This document shows positions 52,158 through 60,128 of a DNA stretch of 64,000 nt, piece by piece. The notes beneath the pieces are model-generated. The model ran no database searches. It saw only the letters and a program-made list of their open reading frames with translations, and was not told the origin of the DNA. Both the position numbers and the translations under genes were made by a program. The stretch covers positions 248,001-312,000 of the IMG/VR virus record IMGVR_UViG_3300022602_000024; one strand, given 5' to 3'. Position 1 is the stretch's first letter. Every line of letters starts with the position of its first letter.

Positions 52158-52708
52158 TGGCTATACCATTTGGAGAAGATGACACAATCAAAATAGATCG
52201 GTGTCATGCTGATTTATTAAGAGGCTTGATAGTTGCTGGAAAACCCCGGACTGTATTGGAATTGGGCATCGGCGGTGGACAAGCAACGGATGCAATGCTA
52301 GACGGATTAGCGTATAATCAACAAGCATACGAATACACACTGGTTGATAACTGGCTAGACTTCAACAGTACAATGCCTGCCCGAGTTGGCGAGTTATACA
52401 GCAGTAGAGTCAACATTGTTACATCCGGTGAAAAAGAATTTGTGTTCAGCACCAACAAGAAGTTTGATTTGATAATGAGTGATGCAGATCACCACCATAC
52501 ACAAGAATGGTTTGAGTATGTATACGAGAATCTGCTGAATGATGATGGTATACTTTGTTATCATGATGTTATGTTAACTTCACAGTTTCCAAATTTAATG
52601 GAAATATATAACAAGTGCAAAGAACTTAACCTAAGATACAAACTGTTTGACAAAGATAGTTTATCAACCGAAATGTGCTTTCGTGGCTTTTTAGTAATTT
52701 TTAAATAA
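52157..52708 (+). CDS. Class I SAM-dependent methyltransferase (Methyltransf_24-like)
   Basis: VLELGIGGG, FDLIMSDADH and GILCYHD. Confidence 0.85.
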   Translation: MAIPFGEDDTIKIDRCHADLLRGLIVAGKPRTVLELGIGGGQATDAMLDGLAYNQQAYEYTLVDNWLDFNSTMPARVGELYSSRVNIVTSGEKEFVFSTNKKFDLIMSDADHHHTQEWFEYVYENLLNDDGILCYHDVMLTSQFPNLMEIYNKCKELNLRYKLFDKDSLSTEMCFRGFLVIFK

Positions 52709-52715
52709 GGCAGCA

Positions 52716-53366
52716 ATGACAAGTATTCAAGAAACATTTACTGACATATATGTTAATCGACGTTGGGATGAGCCCAACAAACCCAACGAATCGGCCAGTG
52801 GCAACGGATCAACACTGGACTTCACTAGAAATTTACGTAAAGAACTGCCAAAGTTGTTTGACATGTTTGCTATACAATCAGTATTTGACGCACCGTGTGG
52901 TGATTTAAATTGGATGAGTCAAGTGTTATCAGAGTGCCCAGACATTGACTATATCGGCGGAGACATTGTTGCGCCGTTGATCGATCAACTCACTGAACAG
53001 TATGCCGAATATGCCAACATGGATTTTGTTAACATCAATATTATCAATGACGAGCTACCTGCTGCAGATTTAATGATCTGCAGAGACTGTTTGTTCCATC
53101 TAAGCGAAGCAGATGTCAAAACATTCTTTAGAAACTTTGTCTCTTCCGATATTGCGGCTTTGTTAGTTACATCCGATATACTGCCAGAACCCAACAGAGA
53201 CATTGAGACTGGCGACTATCGTCACCTGAATCTATTCACTGCACCTTACAACTTTACCGCCGATTACATATACGAAATCAGCGATTGGCCTTATCCTACT
53301 CCCGCTACTAGAAAAATGTTTATGTGGAGTAGAGAACAAATTGAAGAAATAGTGAGCAAATTTTAA
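52716..53366 (+). CDS. Class I SAM-dependent methyltransferase
   Basis: SGNGS, VFDAPCGD, YIGGDIV and DLMICRDCLFHL. Confidence 0.85.
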   Translation: MTSIQETFTDIYVNRRWDEPNKPNESASGNGSTLDFTRNLRKELPKLFDMFAIQSVFDAPCGDLNWMSQVLSECPDIDYIGGDIVAPLIDQLTEQYAEYANMDFVNINIINDELPAADLMICRDCLFHLSEADVKTFFRNFVSSDIAALLVTSDILPEPNRDIETGDYRHLNLFTAPYNFTADYIYEISDWPYPTPATRKMFMWSREQIEEIVSKF

Positions 53367-53367
53367 T

Positions 53368-54309
53368 ATGAATATTTTTATTACTGGCATGGCAGGTATG
53401 ATCGGGTTTCATACTGCCAAACATTTAACTGCATTGGGACACACAGTAACAGGCGTAGACAACTTCAATGACTATTACGAAGTCAGTTTAAAAAGAGAAC
53501 GTGCACGTATCCTGCAAGACGAGCATGGAGTCGCTGTAACAGAAGCAGATATCATTACACTAGATTACGACTCTGCATTGTCAGGTGTAGATGTAATTTT
53601 ACATTTATCTGCTTATGCCAACCCACGTCACAGTTTGGAATATCCGCAACTGTACATTGACAACAACATTACTGGCACACAAAGATTGATTGAAGGTGCA
53701 GAGCGCATGGGTATACACAATGTGGTATATGCATCTAGTAGTTGTGTGATGCATGGACAAGAATTGCCTTGGAAGGAATCCGACAATCCTGGACATCAAA
53801 ACAATCCATATGGATGGACCAAACGCAGTAATGAATGTCAATTCATATACAGTAAGATCAAAAACACAATGGGTTTAAGATTCTTTACAGTATATGGACC
53901 TTATGGTCGTCCAGACATGGCCTTGTTTAACTTTACTAAAAACATTTTAAACAATGAACCAATCGATTTGTTTAATTACGGAGATATGAAGCGAGACTTT
54001 ACCTTTGTAGACGATATTGTCCAGGGTATTACCTTGGTTATAGACAACTGTGTCAAGCAAGACCATGTGCACGAAATCTACAACATTGGTTATGGTCAAC
54101 AAGTCAATTTGATGGATTTTGTTAGCGAGATTGAACGTTGCTTGGAGCGGAAGGCAGTGACCAACTTGTTGCCCAAGCACCCAGCAGATGTACCAGCTAC
54201 TTGGGCCGATACAACTAAGATTCAGGGTTTGGGTTATCGGGCAACTACCAGTATTACTGACGGTGTTAGCAAATTCATTGACTGGTATCGCAGTTATTAC
54301 CGGATTTAA
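53368..54309 (+). CDS. NAD-dependent epimerase (UDP-glucuronate 4-epimerase-like)
   Basis: ITGMAGMIG, YASSS, YGWTK, LRFFTVYGPYGRPDMA and RDFTFVDD. Confidence 0.92.
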   Translation: MNIFITGMAGMIGFHTAKHLTALGHTVTGVDNFNDYYEVSLKRERARILQDEHGVAVTEADIITLDYDSALSGVDVILHLSAYANPRHSLEYPQLYIDNNITGTQRLIEGAERMGIHNVVYASSSCVMHGQELPWKESDNPGHQNNPYGWTKRSNECQFIYSKIKNTMGLRFFTVYGPYGRPDMALFNFTKNILNNEPIDLFNYGDMKRDFTFVDDIVQGITLVIDNCVKQDHVHEIYNIGYGQQVNLMDFVSEIERCLERKAVTNLLPKHPADVPATWADTTKIQGLGYRATTSITDGVSKFIDWYRSYYRI

Positions 54310-54983
54310 TAATTAATATAACGGCTATTATGGTTAACGCCATATAGTCGTTCTTTAGTTGCGATATTGATAAACATAATATCAACTTGAACCAACACAT
54401 GATCCCCGGTATGGATTTCTAATAAATCGCTGGGGATAAATCGTTGACTGGCCATGTATTCCAAATACTCTTGTATATTTGGTGCACCTATATTGTATTT
54501 GCCTATAGGGCATTCTAGGTAAACTAAATCCACTGCAGGCAGTATTGTTTCTGCTCCACGTAAGATATCCAACTCAGATCCCTGTGTGTCTATCTTTATA
54601 AAGTTAGGTGCAGGCATTTCGCACTCGTTAACAATAGACTCTAGAGTTCTTGCTGGAACTGTTATTGGCGTTTTACCGTCATAGATTGGTGTATTTTCTT
54701 TGTAGTAACTGTCGCCAGTGCCGCCGTAGCCGTCAGTGGTATAATACTCAACTGAGTCTCTGCCAGGGTTACTTAATATTCCGATATAGTAAGGCAAGTT
54801 AGTTCTTTGTAGTGCAGGTTCGTGTGCAACATTGCCCTCAAACAAGTAGAAGTAACTGTTTCTTAACACGCCTGCTTTCATTGGCACGGCCCAATTGCCT
54901 TGATTGGCTCCTATGTCAAATACTGTTTCTATGCGTAACCCGTCTTGCTGAATTTGTTTGAGATAATTTTCTAATGTGTTCAC
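54306..54983 (-). CDS. FkbM-family methyltransferase
   Basis: FDIGANQG and IKIDTQGSELDILRG. Confidence 0.9.
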   Translation of the reverse strand: MNTLENYLKQIQQDGLRIETVFDIGANQGNWAVPMKAGVLRNSYFYLFEGNVAHEPALQRTNLPYYIGILSNPGRDSVEYYTTDGYGGTGDSYYKENTPIYDGKTPITVPARTLESIVNECEMPAPNFIKIDTQGSELDILRGAETILPAVDLVYLECPIGKYNIGAPNIQEYLEYMASQRFIPSDLLEIHTGDHVLVQVDIMFINIATKERLYGVNHNSRYINY

Positions 54984-55936
54984 AAAAATACCGTTTTGAA
55001 TTTATTCATAACTTGATCTGGGGCAAACTGTTCAACCCGCTTGCGCCAATCTTCTGTTGTTGCAAGATCACGTATATGTAATAATTTATCTCGAATTGTT
55101 TCCTGAGTATAAATTAGTCCCGAGTCTTTTAACATCAGTGCATGATTTTGATCGTTGCCACCAGCCCATGACAATACTGGTTTATTCATGTATAAGGATT
55201 CAGCAACTGCCAGTCCAAAACTTTCACCATTGCTACGTGCGTGCAAGGTAGCATCACAGGTGTTAAAGAAGTTGGCTTTGCGTTGAGTATCATGAAACTC
55301 GGGAATGTATCGAATGTTGGCATGTTCGCCCCAAGGTTGTGTTCCAGCAAATACAAACACAAAATCGTCACGTTGAGTAACGATATCTGCAATGGCCTGT
55401 TTAACAAACATCAAGTCAAAGGTCAAAAAGCCACCTATGCGTCCTATTACTGTTTGACCGGGACGGATGTTGAGTTCTTCACGTAGATCACCTGTTGGCT
55501 CAGGCAGTGTAACAATGTGTGGCACATAAGGGCGGTTATCATTATACTGAGCGTTCATTGCCGACGCTAACCACTCACTGATATAAGCATATTCACGATA
55601 CTCGGGCTTTACCTCATGACGTTGCCACACTTCGTGCATAACCACCGGGCAATTGTCAGGAATGAATCTATTGCCGTTGTACAAGAGATCTACATGTTCT
55701 CTGTCGATGATGTCTTGAAGTTCTTGGATATCATCATAAGCAATAACTGTAAACTCCTCTTGTAAGTTAGCAAGAACTTCAGGTTCTGTACCTACATCAA
55801 GAGTCCAAGGCCTAGCACCATCATAACAAATTATGCTTTCATTGCCCAGTATCGTTTGATTGTATCGTGCATAGTCCGTGATGGCAACTGTGCTACCACG
55901 ATAGTTCAATATATCAGTTTGGAATAAGATTTTCAT
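54980..55936 (-). CDS. GT-B glycosyltransferase (GT4-like)
   Basis: IGRIGG and CDATLHARSNGESFGLAVAE. Confidence 0.82.
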   Translation of the reverse strand: MKILFQTDILNYRGSTVAITDYARYNQTILGNESIICYDGARPWTLDVGTEPEVLANLQEEFTVIAYDDIQELQDIIDREHVDLLYNGNRFIPDNCPVVMHEVWQRHEVKPEYREYAYISEWLASAMNAQYNDNRPYVPHIVTLPEPTGDLREELNIRPGQTVIGRIGGFLTFDLMFVKQAIADIVTQRDDFVFVFAGTQPWGEHANIRYIPEFHDTQRKANFFNTCDATLHARSNGESFGLAVAESLYMNKPVLSWAGGNDQNHALMLKDSGLIYTQETIRDKLLHIRDLATTEDWRKRVEQFAPDQVMNKFKTVFL

Positions 55937-56094
55937 TCGACATCGTCAGCAGTGATCTTTTGCCCAAGGTATTGTTTAACTACACGAATCAATTTGCGTT
56001 CTGTGTCATAAACAAACTCTTTGGTGTCGTCTTCGGTATTGATAACCAAAATAAAACCATTTGCGGCACGACGAATTTCTAAAGTTTCAAACAT
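55933..56094 (-). CDS. 53-aa hypothetical protein; absent from the ORF track
   Basis: MFETLEIRRAANGFILVINTEDDTKEFVYD...; AGGA SD; ATGA-coupled to the next gene. Confidence 0.7.
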   Translation of the reverse strand: MFETLEIRRAANGFILVINTEDDTKEFVYDTERKLIRVVKQYLGQKITADDVE

Positions 56095-56148
56095 AATTGT
56101 TCCTAAAAAGAGTTGATAGCATTATAATAGCATATATTGATTTGTGTG

Positions 56149-56895
56149 TCAAACGTTTGTGATACCAAAACGCCCATAATCAAAAGGCACAATTTGGTTT
56201 TCGTACTGATTGTAGTTTAACATAAGGTCTTTGGCAATATCTTTGAACATGGTGTGATACTCATCACTCATATGGCCAACACGATCCATTTGATATGGCG
56301 TTACACCAATCAAATCACCTTCGTGTGCGCTAATAGTTTCAAATGCAAAGTCTAACAATACACCTCTAGCGAAATGTCTCTTGGCCATTTCTCGTGATAG
56401 CTCTGTATTAGGTAAAAATATAAATCGAGTTTGGGGAAATTGGGCAGGCAAATCTAAACACCATTTGACCATTTGTTCGTAGTTGAACTGGGCCTGTGCT
56501 TGATTGTGCAGGACTTCGTAGTAAAGTCCCAGTGCTTGTATGCACTTTTCTGCTTCGCCGGGCTGAAATAAATGCCGGTCTTCTTCGTAGATAGCTCTGT
56601 TTTCGGCGTGTGCTGATAAGATCTTTTGCCATTTGGGATCATCTATGTACAAACGATTGTCCCAGGTAAAAGTAAAGAAAGCATAATCAAACTCCACGCC
56701 GCGAGCCTGTGCTTCTTTCCATTGTGTGATAGCGTAGTATTGATTGCTACCACCCAACCCTGATGTGATTACAGGAGCATCGAGTTCTTCTAATAGGCGT
56801 TGTGCCCAGATTTTCTTTTCTGGGGGCACTCGATACGTTGGCCAACGATGCCAAACTATGTCAATATAACTGTCACCAAATAGTCCAATTTTCAT
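56149..56895 (-). CDS. SGNH-hydrolase-like protein
   Basis: IGLFGDSY, GLGGSN and C-terminal GH. Confidence 0.65.
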   Translation of the reverse strand: MKIGLFGDSYIDIVWHRWPTYRVPPEKKIWAQRLLEELDAPVITSGLGGSNQYYAITQWKEAQARGVEFDYAFFTFTWDNRLYIDDPKWQKILSAHAENRAIYEEDRHLFQPGEAEKCIQALGLYYEVLHNQAQAQFNYEQMVKWCLDLPAQFPQTRFIFLPNTELSREMAKRHFARGVLLDFAFETISAHEGDLIGVTPYQMDRVGHMSDEYHTMFKDIAKDLMLNYNQYENQIVPFDYGRFGITNV

Positions 56896-56906
56896 TCTTG
56901 TCCTTG

Positions 56907-57179
56907 TGTACTAATAAGTTTGAGCACAATACATCTGCTTTTCGACTGTGGACCACAATGTGTGTTGGAGCGACCAACAACCACTAACTGAGCAAGCTCA
57001 GTATTGTTCATGGAATCTTAAACGTTTTCGCAGTTTTAAAATCTAATATACCCTCGGGAGTACCCGAATCCGCCTATCCAGCGCACGAGGTATGGGTTGT
57101 GAATTGCTTCACTACTGCTACTAAGCCTACCACACGTATCAGATAGTCGCCACACTTTGTGCTCAAACTTATTAATACA
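56907..57179 (-). ncRNA. Putative structured non-coding RNA (~273 nt) of unrecognised family
   Basis: 23-bp terminal stem with one G-U pair; internal GCAA and CUUG tetraloop hairpins; dedicated promoter directly upstream; no credible ORF. Confidence 0.72.
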
Positions 57180-57184
57180 AGCTG

Positions 57185-57213
57185 ATTATAAGTTATTTAC
57201 ACACAAAAGTCAA
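57185..57213 (-). promoter_or_regulatory. Sigma70 promoter with embedded late motif, driving the ncRNA
   Basis: TTGACT-17 nt-TATAAT with TAAATA in the spacer. Confidence 0.8.
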
Positions 57214-57230
57214 GGATTTTTTAAAATAAT

Positions 57231-57318
57231 TGGCGGAAACGGTGAGATTTGAACTCACGGAACTTTTCAAGTCGCTGGTTTTCAAAACCAGAGCCATAGA
57301 CCACTCGACTACGTTTCC
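57231..57318 (-). tRNA. tRNA-Ser(TGA)
   Basis: Cloverleaf with long variable arm; CTGGT-TTTGAAA-ACCAG; G73 and encoded CCA. Confidence 0.93.
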
Positions 57319-57481
57319 AATAAATACTGCATGATATCCGAAGATTTAGAGTTTGCTTATAGACTTTTGTACACACAGTTGGCCAACAAACCGTATGCGC
57401 CTGCGGCATATCATACTAATTCCAGGGATTTTGTGCCGGACCCTATACTAACGGATCCAAAGTTCATGCTAGATGAAGATT

Positions 57482-57557
57482 TGGTGCAACCTCCAGGAAT
57501 CGAACCTGGTTCAACGGCTCTTCAGACCGCCGCTATGACCACATCAGCTAAAGTTGC
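57482..57557 (-). tRNA. tRNA-Phe(GAA)
   Basis: GCGGT-CTGAAGA-GCCGT, GGTTCGATTCC and encoded CCA. Confidence 0.93.
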
Positions 57558-57588
57558 AGATAAATAAGTTTAACTTCAAAGGATTAAT

Positions 57589-58335
57589 ATGTCTTCACCA
57601 GGAATTACAATCGGACCAGGTATTACAATCGGCGGCGGAATAGACATCGGCGGCGGATATAACTCTTACAGCAGTGGCAACGGCAGTTTGCAGTTTTCGA
57701 ATACCGGAGATGTAAAAATTACCGACAGTAATAGATTGAGTTTAAGCACAGGAAACAACTGGACCATTGAAGGTTGGTTTTATTTTAATTCTTATTCGAA
57801 TCAAGACCGCTATTTTGACAAATATAACAACAGCAACAACGAATACATATTCTGGGCCGAAACTGCTGGAACACGTTCGTTTGTTACTTATTCAGCGGGT
57901 GGCGGAACTCAAAACATGGACTGTGCATTTAACAATCCTCCACTGAACACTTGGGTTCATTTGGCCTTTGTAAGATCTGGCAGCACATTCAATGTTTATC
58001 AAAACGGCACAGTGGTTGGAACTTCTACTGGAATAGTTGGTTCTGTTAATGTCAATTCTGGATCCGCATTTGAACTGGGATATAGCGGAAGCTATAATGT
58101 CAGCAACTTTAGGATAGTGCCCGGGGTCGCAGTATATACTGGTGCATTTACGCCACCTGCTGCACCTTTAGGTGTCACTCAATCTAGTGGTACTAATATC
58201 AGTGCAATCACTTCAGGTCAAACTGCACTATTATTGAATACTTATACTGCAACGCCTTTGTTGGATGCATCAGGTTATTATGGTAATGTACCAGTTAATG
58301 GCACAATTACCTACTCATCTGCAGCTCCATTCTAA
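57589..58335 (+). CDS. LamG/concanavalin-A-like domain protein
   Basis: GITIGPGITIGGG N-terminus, WTIEGWFY, WVHLAFVRSG and SNFRIV.G.AVYT. Confidence 0.85.
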   Translation: MSSPGITIGPGITIGGGIDIGGGYNSYSSGNGSLQFSNTGDVKITDSNRLSLSTGNNWTIEGWFYFNSYSNQDRYFDKYNNSNNEYIFWAETAGTRSFVTYSAGGGTQNMDCAFNNPPLNTWVHLAFVRSGSTFNVYQNGTVVGTSTGIVGSVNVNSGSAFELGYSGSYNVSNFRIVPGVAVYTGAFTPPAAPLGVTQSSGTNISAITSGQTALLLNTYTATPLLDASGYYGNVPVNGTITYSSAAPF

Positions 58336-58339
58336 TATT

Positions 58340-58414
58340 TGGTCTGGCCTGCAGGAATCGAACCTACATTCGTAAGGTAGAAGCCTACTGTACTATCCAT
58401 TGTACTAAAGACAG
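58340..58414 (-). tRNA. tRNA-Arg(TCT)
   Basis: GTAGG-CTTCTAC-CTTAC, T-arm and CCA; one acceptor-stem mismatch. Confidence 0.9.
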
Positions 58415-58420
58415 AATGCG

Positions 58421-58507
58421 TGGTGCGGGATACCAGATTTGAACTGGTACGCTTTATTAAGCGGCGGGTTTTAAGCCCGCTGGGTCTGCCGATTCCCCCA
58501 ATCCCGC
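58421..58507 (-). tRNA. tRNA-Leu(TAA)
   Basis: GCGGG-CTTAAAA-CCCGC, long variable arm and CCA. Confidence 0.93.
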
Positions 58508-58527
58508 AAAAAATACTTAATTAAAAG

Positions 58528-58601
58528 TGGTGCCCCACGACAGAATCGAACTGCCATCACAGGATTACAAAACCAGTGTACTACCATTGTACTAGTAGGG
58601 C
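58528..58601 (-). tRNA. tRNA-Thr(TGT)
   Basis: Loop TTTGTAA, T-arm and CCA; two U-U mismatches in the anticodon stem. Confidence 0.85.
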
Positions 58602-58602
58602 T

Positions 58603-58676
58603 TGGCAGGGGAACTAGGGATCGAACCTAGAATAGCAGAATCAAAATCTGTTGTGATACCATTTCACTATTCCCCA
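58603..58676 (-). tRNA. tRNA-Gln(TTG)
   Basis: Loop TTTTGAT, G73 and CCA; U1-U72 mismatch. Confidence 0.9.
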
Positions 58677-58683
58677 ACTAACC

Positions 58684-58759
58684 TGGTGGTAATAAGTAGA
58701 ATCGAACTACTGACAGGCGGCGTATGAAGCCACTGCTCTACCAACTGAGTTAACGATCC
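58684..58759 (-). tRNA. tRNA-Met(CAT)-like gene with unpaired acceptor stem (chimeric or pseudo-tRNA)
   Basis: GTGGC-TTCATAC-GCCGC, intact T-arm and CCA, but 5' GGATCGT pairs with 3' TATTACC at only 2 of 7 positions. Confidence 0.75.
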
Positions 58760-58766
58760 AAATGTG

Positions 58767-58991
58767 TTAGCGAACCTTACGAATTCCTTCAAGTCCCAAC
58801 TCACCATTCTGGATTTCTAGGAGTGCAGTGACTGGTGTATGAAGATGTTCAATACGATTGCTGTGTCTGTTGTTGGCACTGATCTCACGTGCTCGTGCCG
58901 CGGCAATGATAACCAAGTTAAATCGATTGCCACCTACGTTATCCACGCATCGGTTAGTGTCAATATATGTTCCACGACTGATATAACTCAT
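58767..58991 (-). CDS. rpoZ: RNA polymerase omega subunit homolog
   Basis: CVDNVGGNRFNLVIIAAARAREI...PVTALLEIQNG matches the omega pattern NRF.LV..AA.RAR...AL.EI..G. Confidence 0.88.
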   Translation of the reverse strand: MSYISRGTYIDTNRCVDNVGGNRFNLVIIAAARAREISANNRHSNRIEHLHTPVTALLEIQNGELGLEGIRKVR

Positions 58992-59015
58992 AATTGCCTT
59001 TCTTTGTAAGTATGT

Positions 59016-59044
59016 ATTATAACATGTCTTTTGTTTGTTGTCAA
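59016..59044 (-). promoter_or_regulatory. Consensus sigma70 promoter for rpoZ and the tRNA cluster
   Basis: TTGACA-17 nt-TATAAT with extended -10 TG. Confidence 0.88.
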
Positions 59045-59047
59045 CTA

Positions 59048-59644
59048 TTACATTGCAGGTCCATTTCCATTTTTACGGAAATCAACTTCACCTCCTTGTG
59101 CTTTGATGAGTTTGATAGCATCCTCAAACAAGATAGGTGCAAAGTCTGGCAACTGCTCTACACAGGCACACCAGTATCTTGGGTCAACTACCTTGGTGTT
59201 GCCCGCTTTCTTTGTCCATCCTGGCATCATAACACGATTAGCGTGCAAGTGACCATGTATGTTGGTACCAAAGCGTCCCAATGACTCAGGGTGCAAAGGG
59301 ATATGACTCAAGATCATGCCCGACATCACATGGTAAGCTCGCAACTCGCGAAAGTGCTCACGATAGTCTTCGTCTCGGAAAATGTCGTGATTGCCACGGA
59401 TCAGGACTTTGTCTCCGTTTAAGCGATGCATGATTTTCAATGCTCGGCGATTGATCACAACATCGCCCAAATGGTAAACTTTGTCTGTGGGCCGAACACG
59501 TTCGTTCCAAGCCCGAACCATGGCTTCGTCCATTTCTTCTGGATCCGTCCATGGGCGCAATTTTGTCACTCCGTCATCACGTGTGAATCTACATACTCCG
59601 GCATGACCGAAGTGCGTATCACTGACTAAAAATACACTAGGCAT
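59048..59644 (-). CDS. Calcineurin-like metallophosphoesterase
   Basis: SDTHFGH, HLGD, GNHD, SHIP and HGHLH; start MPSVFL. Confidence 0.92.
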   Translation of the reverse strand: MPSVFLVSDTHFGHAGVCRFTRDDGVTKLRPWTDPEEMDEAMVRAWNERVRPTDKVYHLGDVVINRRALKIMHRLNGDKVLIRGNHDIFRDEDYREHFRELRAYHVMSGMILSHIPLHPESLGRFGTNIHGHLHANRVMMPGWTKKAGNTKVVDPRYWCACVEQLPDFAPILFEDAIKLIKAQGGEVDFRKNGNGPAM

Positions 59645-60110
59645 ACCATATCTCCTTAAAGCCCTCTTCTTCAGTGGGCATTTCAAAACTTGCCAACATA
59701 CCTTCCAATACTGCATCAGGAATTTCTTTACCAGGTCGGCTATCTAGTCTACGTTTTAATTCAATCCTTGATGGAGTCCCAAATACCACTGCAATTGCAT
59801 AGTAGTCCGGAAGCATATTGAACTTTCTTGTACGACTAGTAACTGTAGTTGATGTTTGATCCCAAATAATGTCCCGACCAGATTCACGTGCTGCAACAAC
59901 TTCTTGTGCCATTAGTTCAACAGCAGTAGGCATATATTCATTGAATACTTCCGAATATGTTTTGCCTTGTGTAATAGCATAGGCCAGCACAAATTTGTCA
60001 GTGGATATATGCGTACAAGTATCTGCCCAGTCTTGGTTACTGACCCAGGTGCTTTTACCCGATCCAGGCACACCCACTAACACATAAAGTTTTGGTTGTT
60101 TTGTTTCCAT
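59637..60110 (-). CDS. P-loop kinase (polynucleotide kinase-like, AAA_33)
   Basis: VGVPGSGKST, ISTD, IIWDQT and R...R. Confidence 0.88.
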   Translation of the reverse strand: METKQPKLYVLVGVPGSGKSTWVSNQDWADTCTHISTDKFVLAYAITQGKTYSEVFNEYMPTAVELMAQEVVAARESGRDIIWDQTSTTVTSRTRKFNMLPDYYAIAVVFGTPSRIELKRRLDSRPGKEIPDAVLEGMLASFEMPTEEEGFKEIWYA

Positions 60111-60128
60111 ACTGTATTATACTATAAA

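Noticed and set aside
56907-57179. tmRNA, RNase P RNA or retron msr-msd
   Set aside because: No T-arm/CCA end or tag ORF, no GAGGAAAGUCC-type P4 motif, and no reverse transcriptase in the window
57331-57567. 78-aa plus-strand ORF
   Set aside because: Its 3' third is the antisense of tRNA-Phe. It has a TAAATA-N4-ATG start and could be a remnant, but support is insufficient
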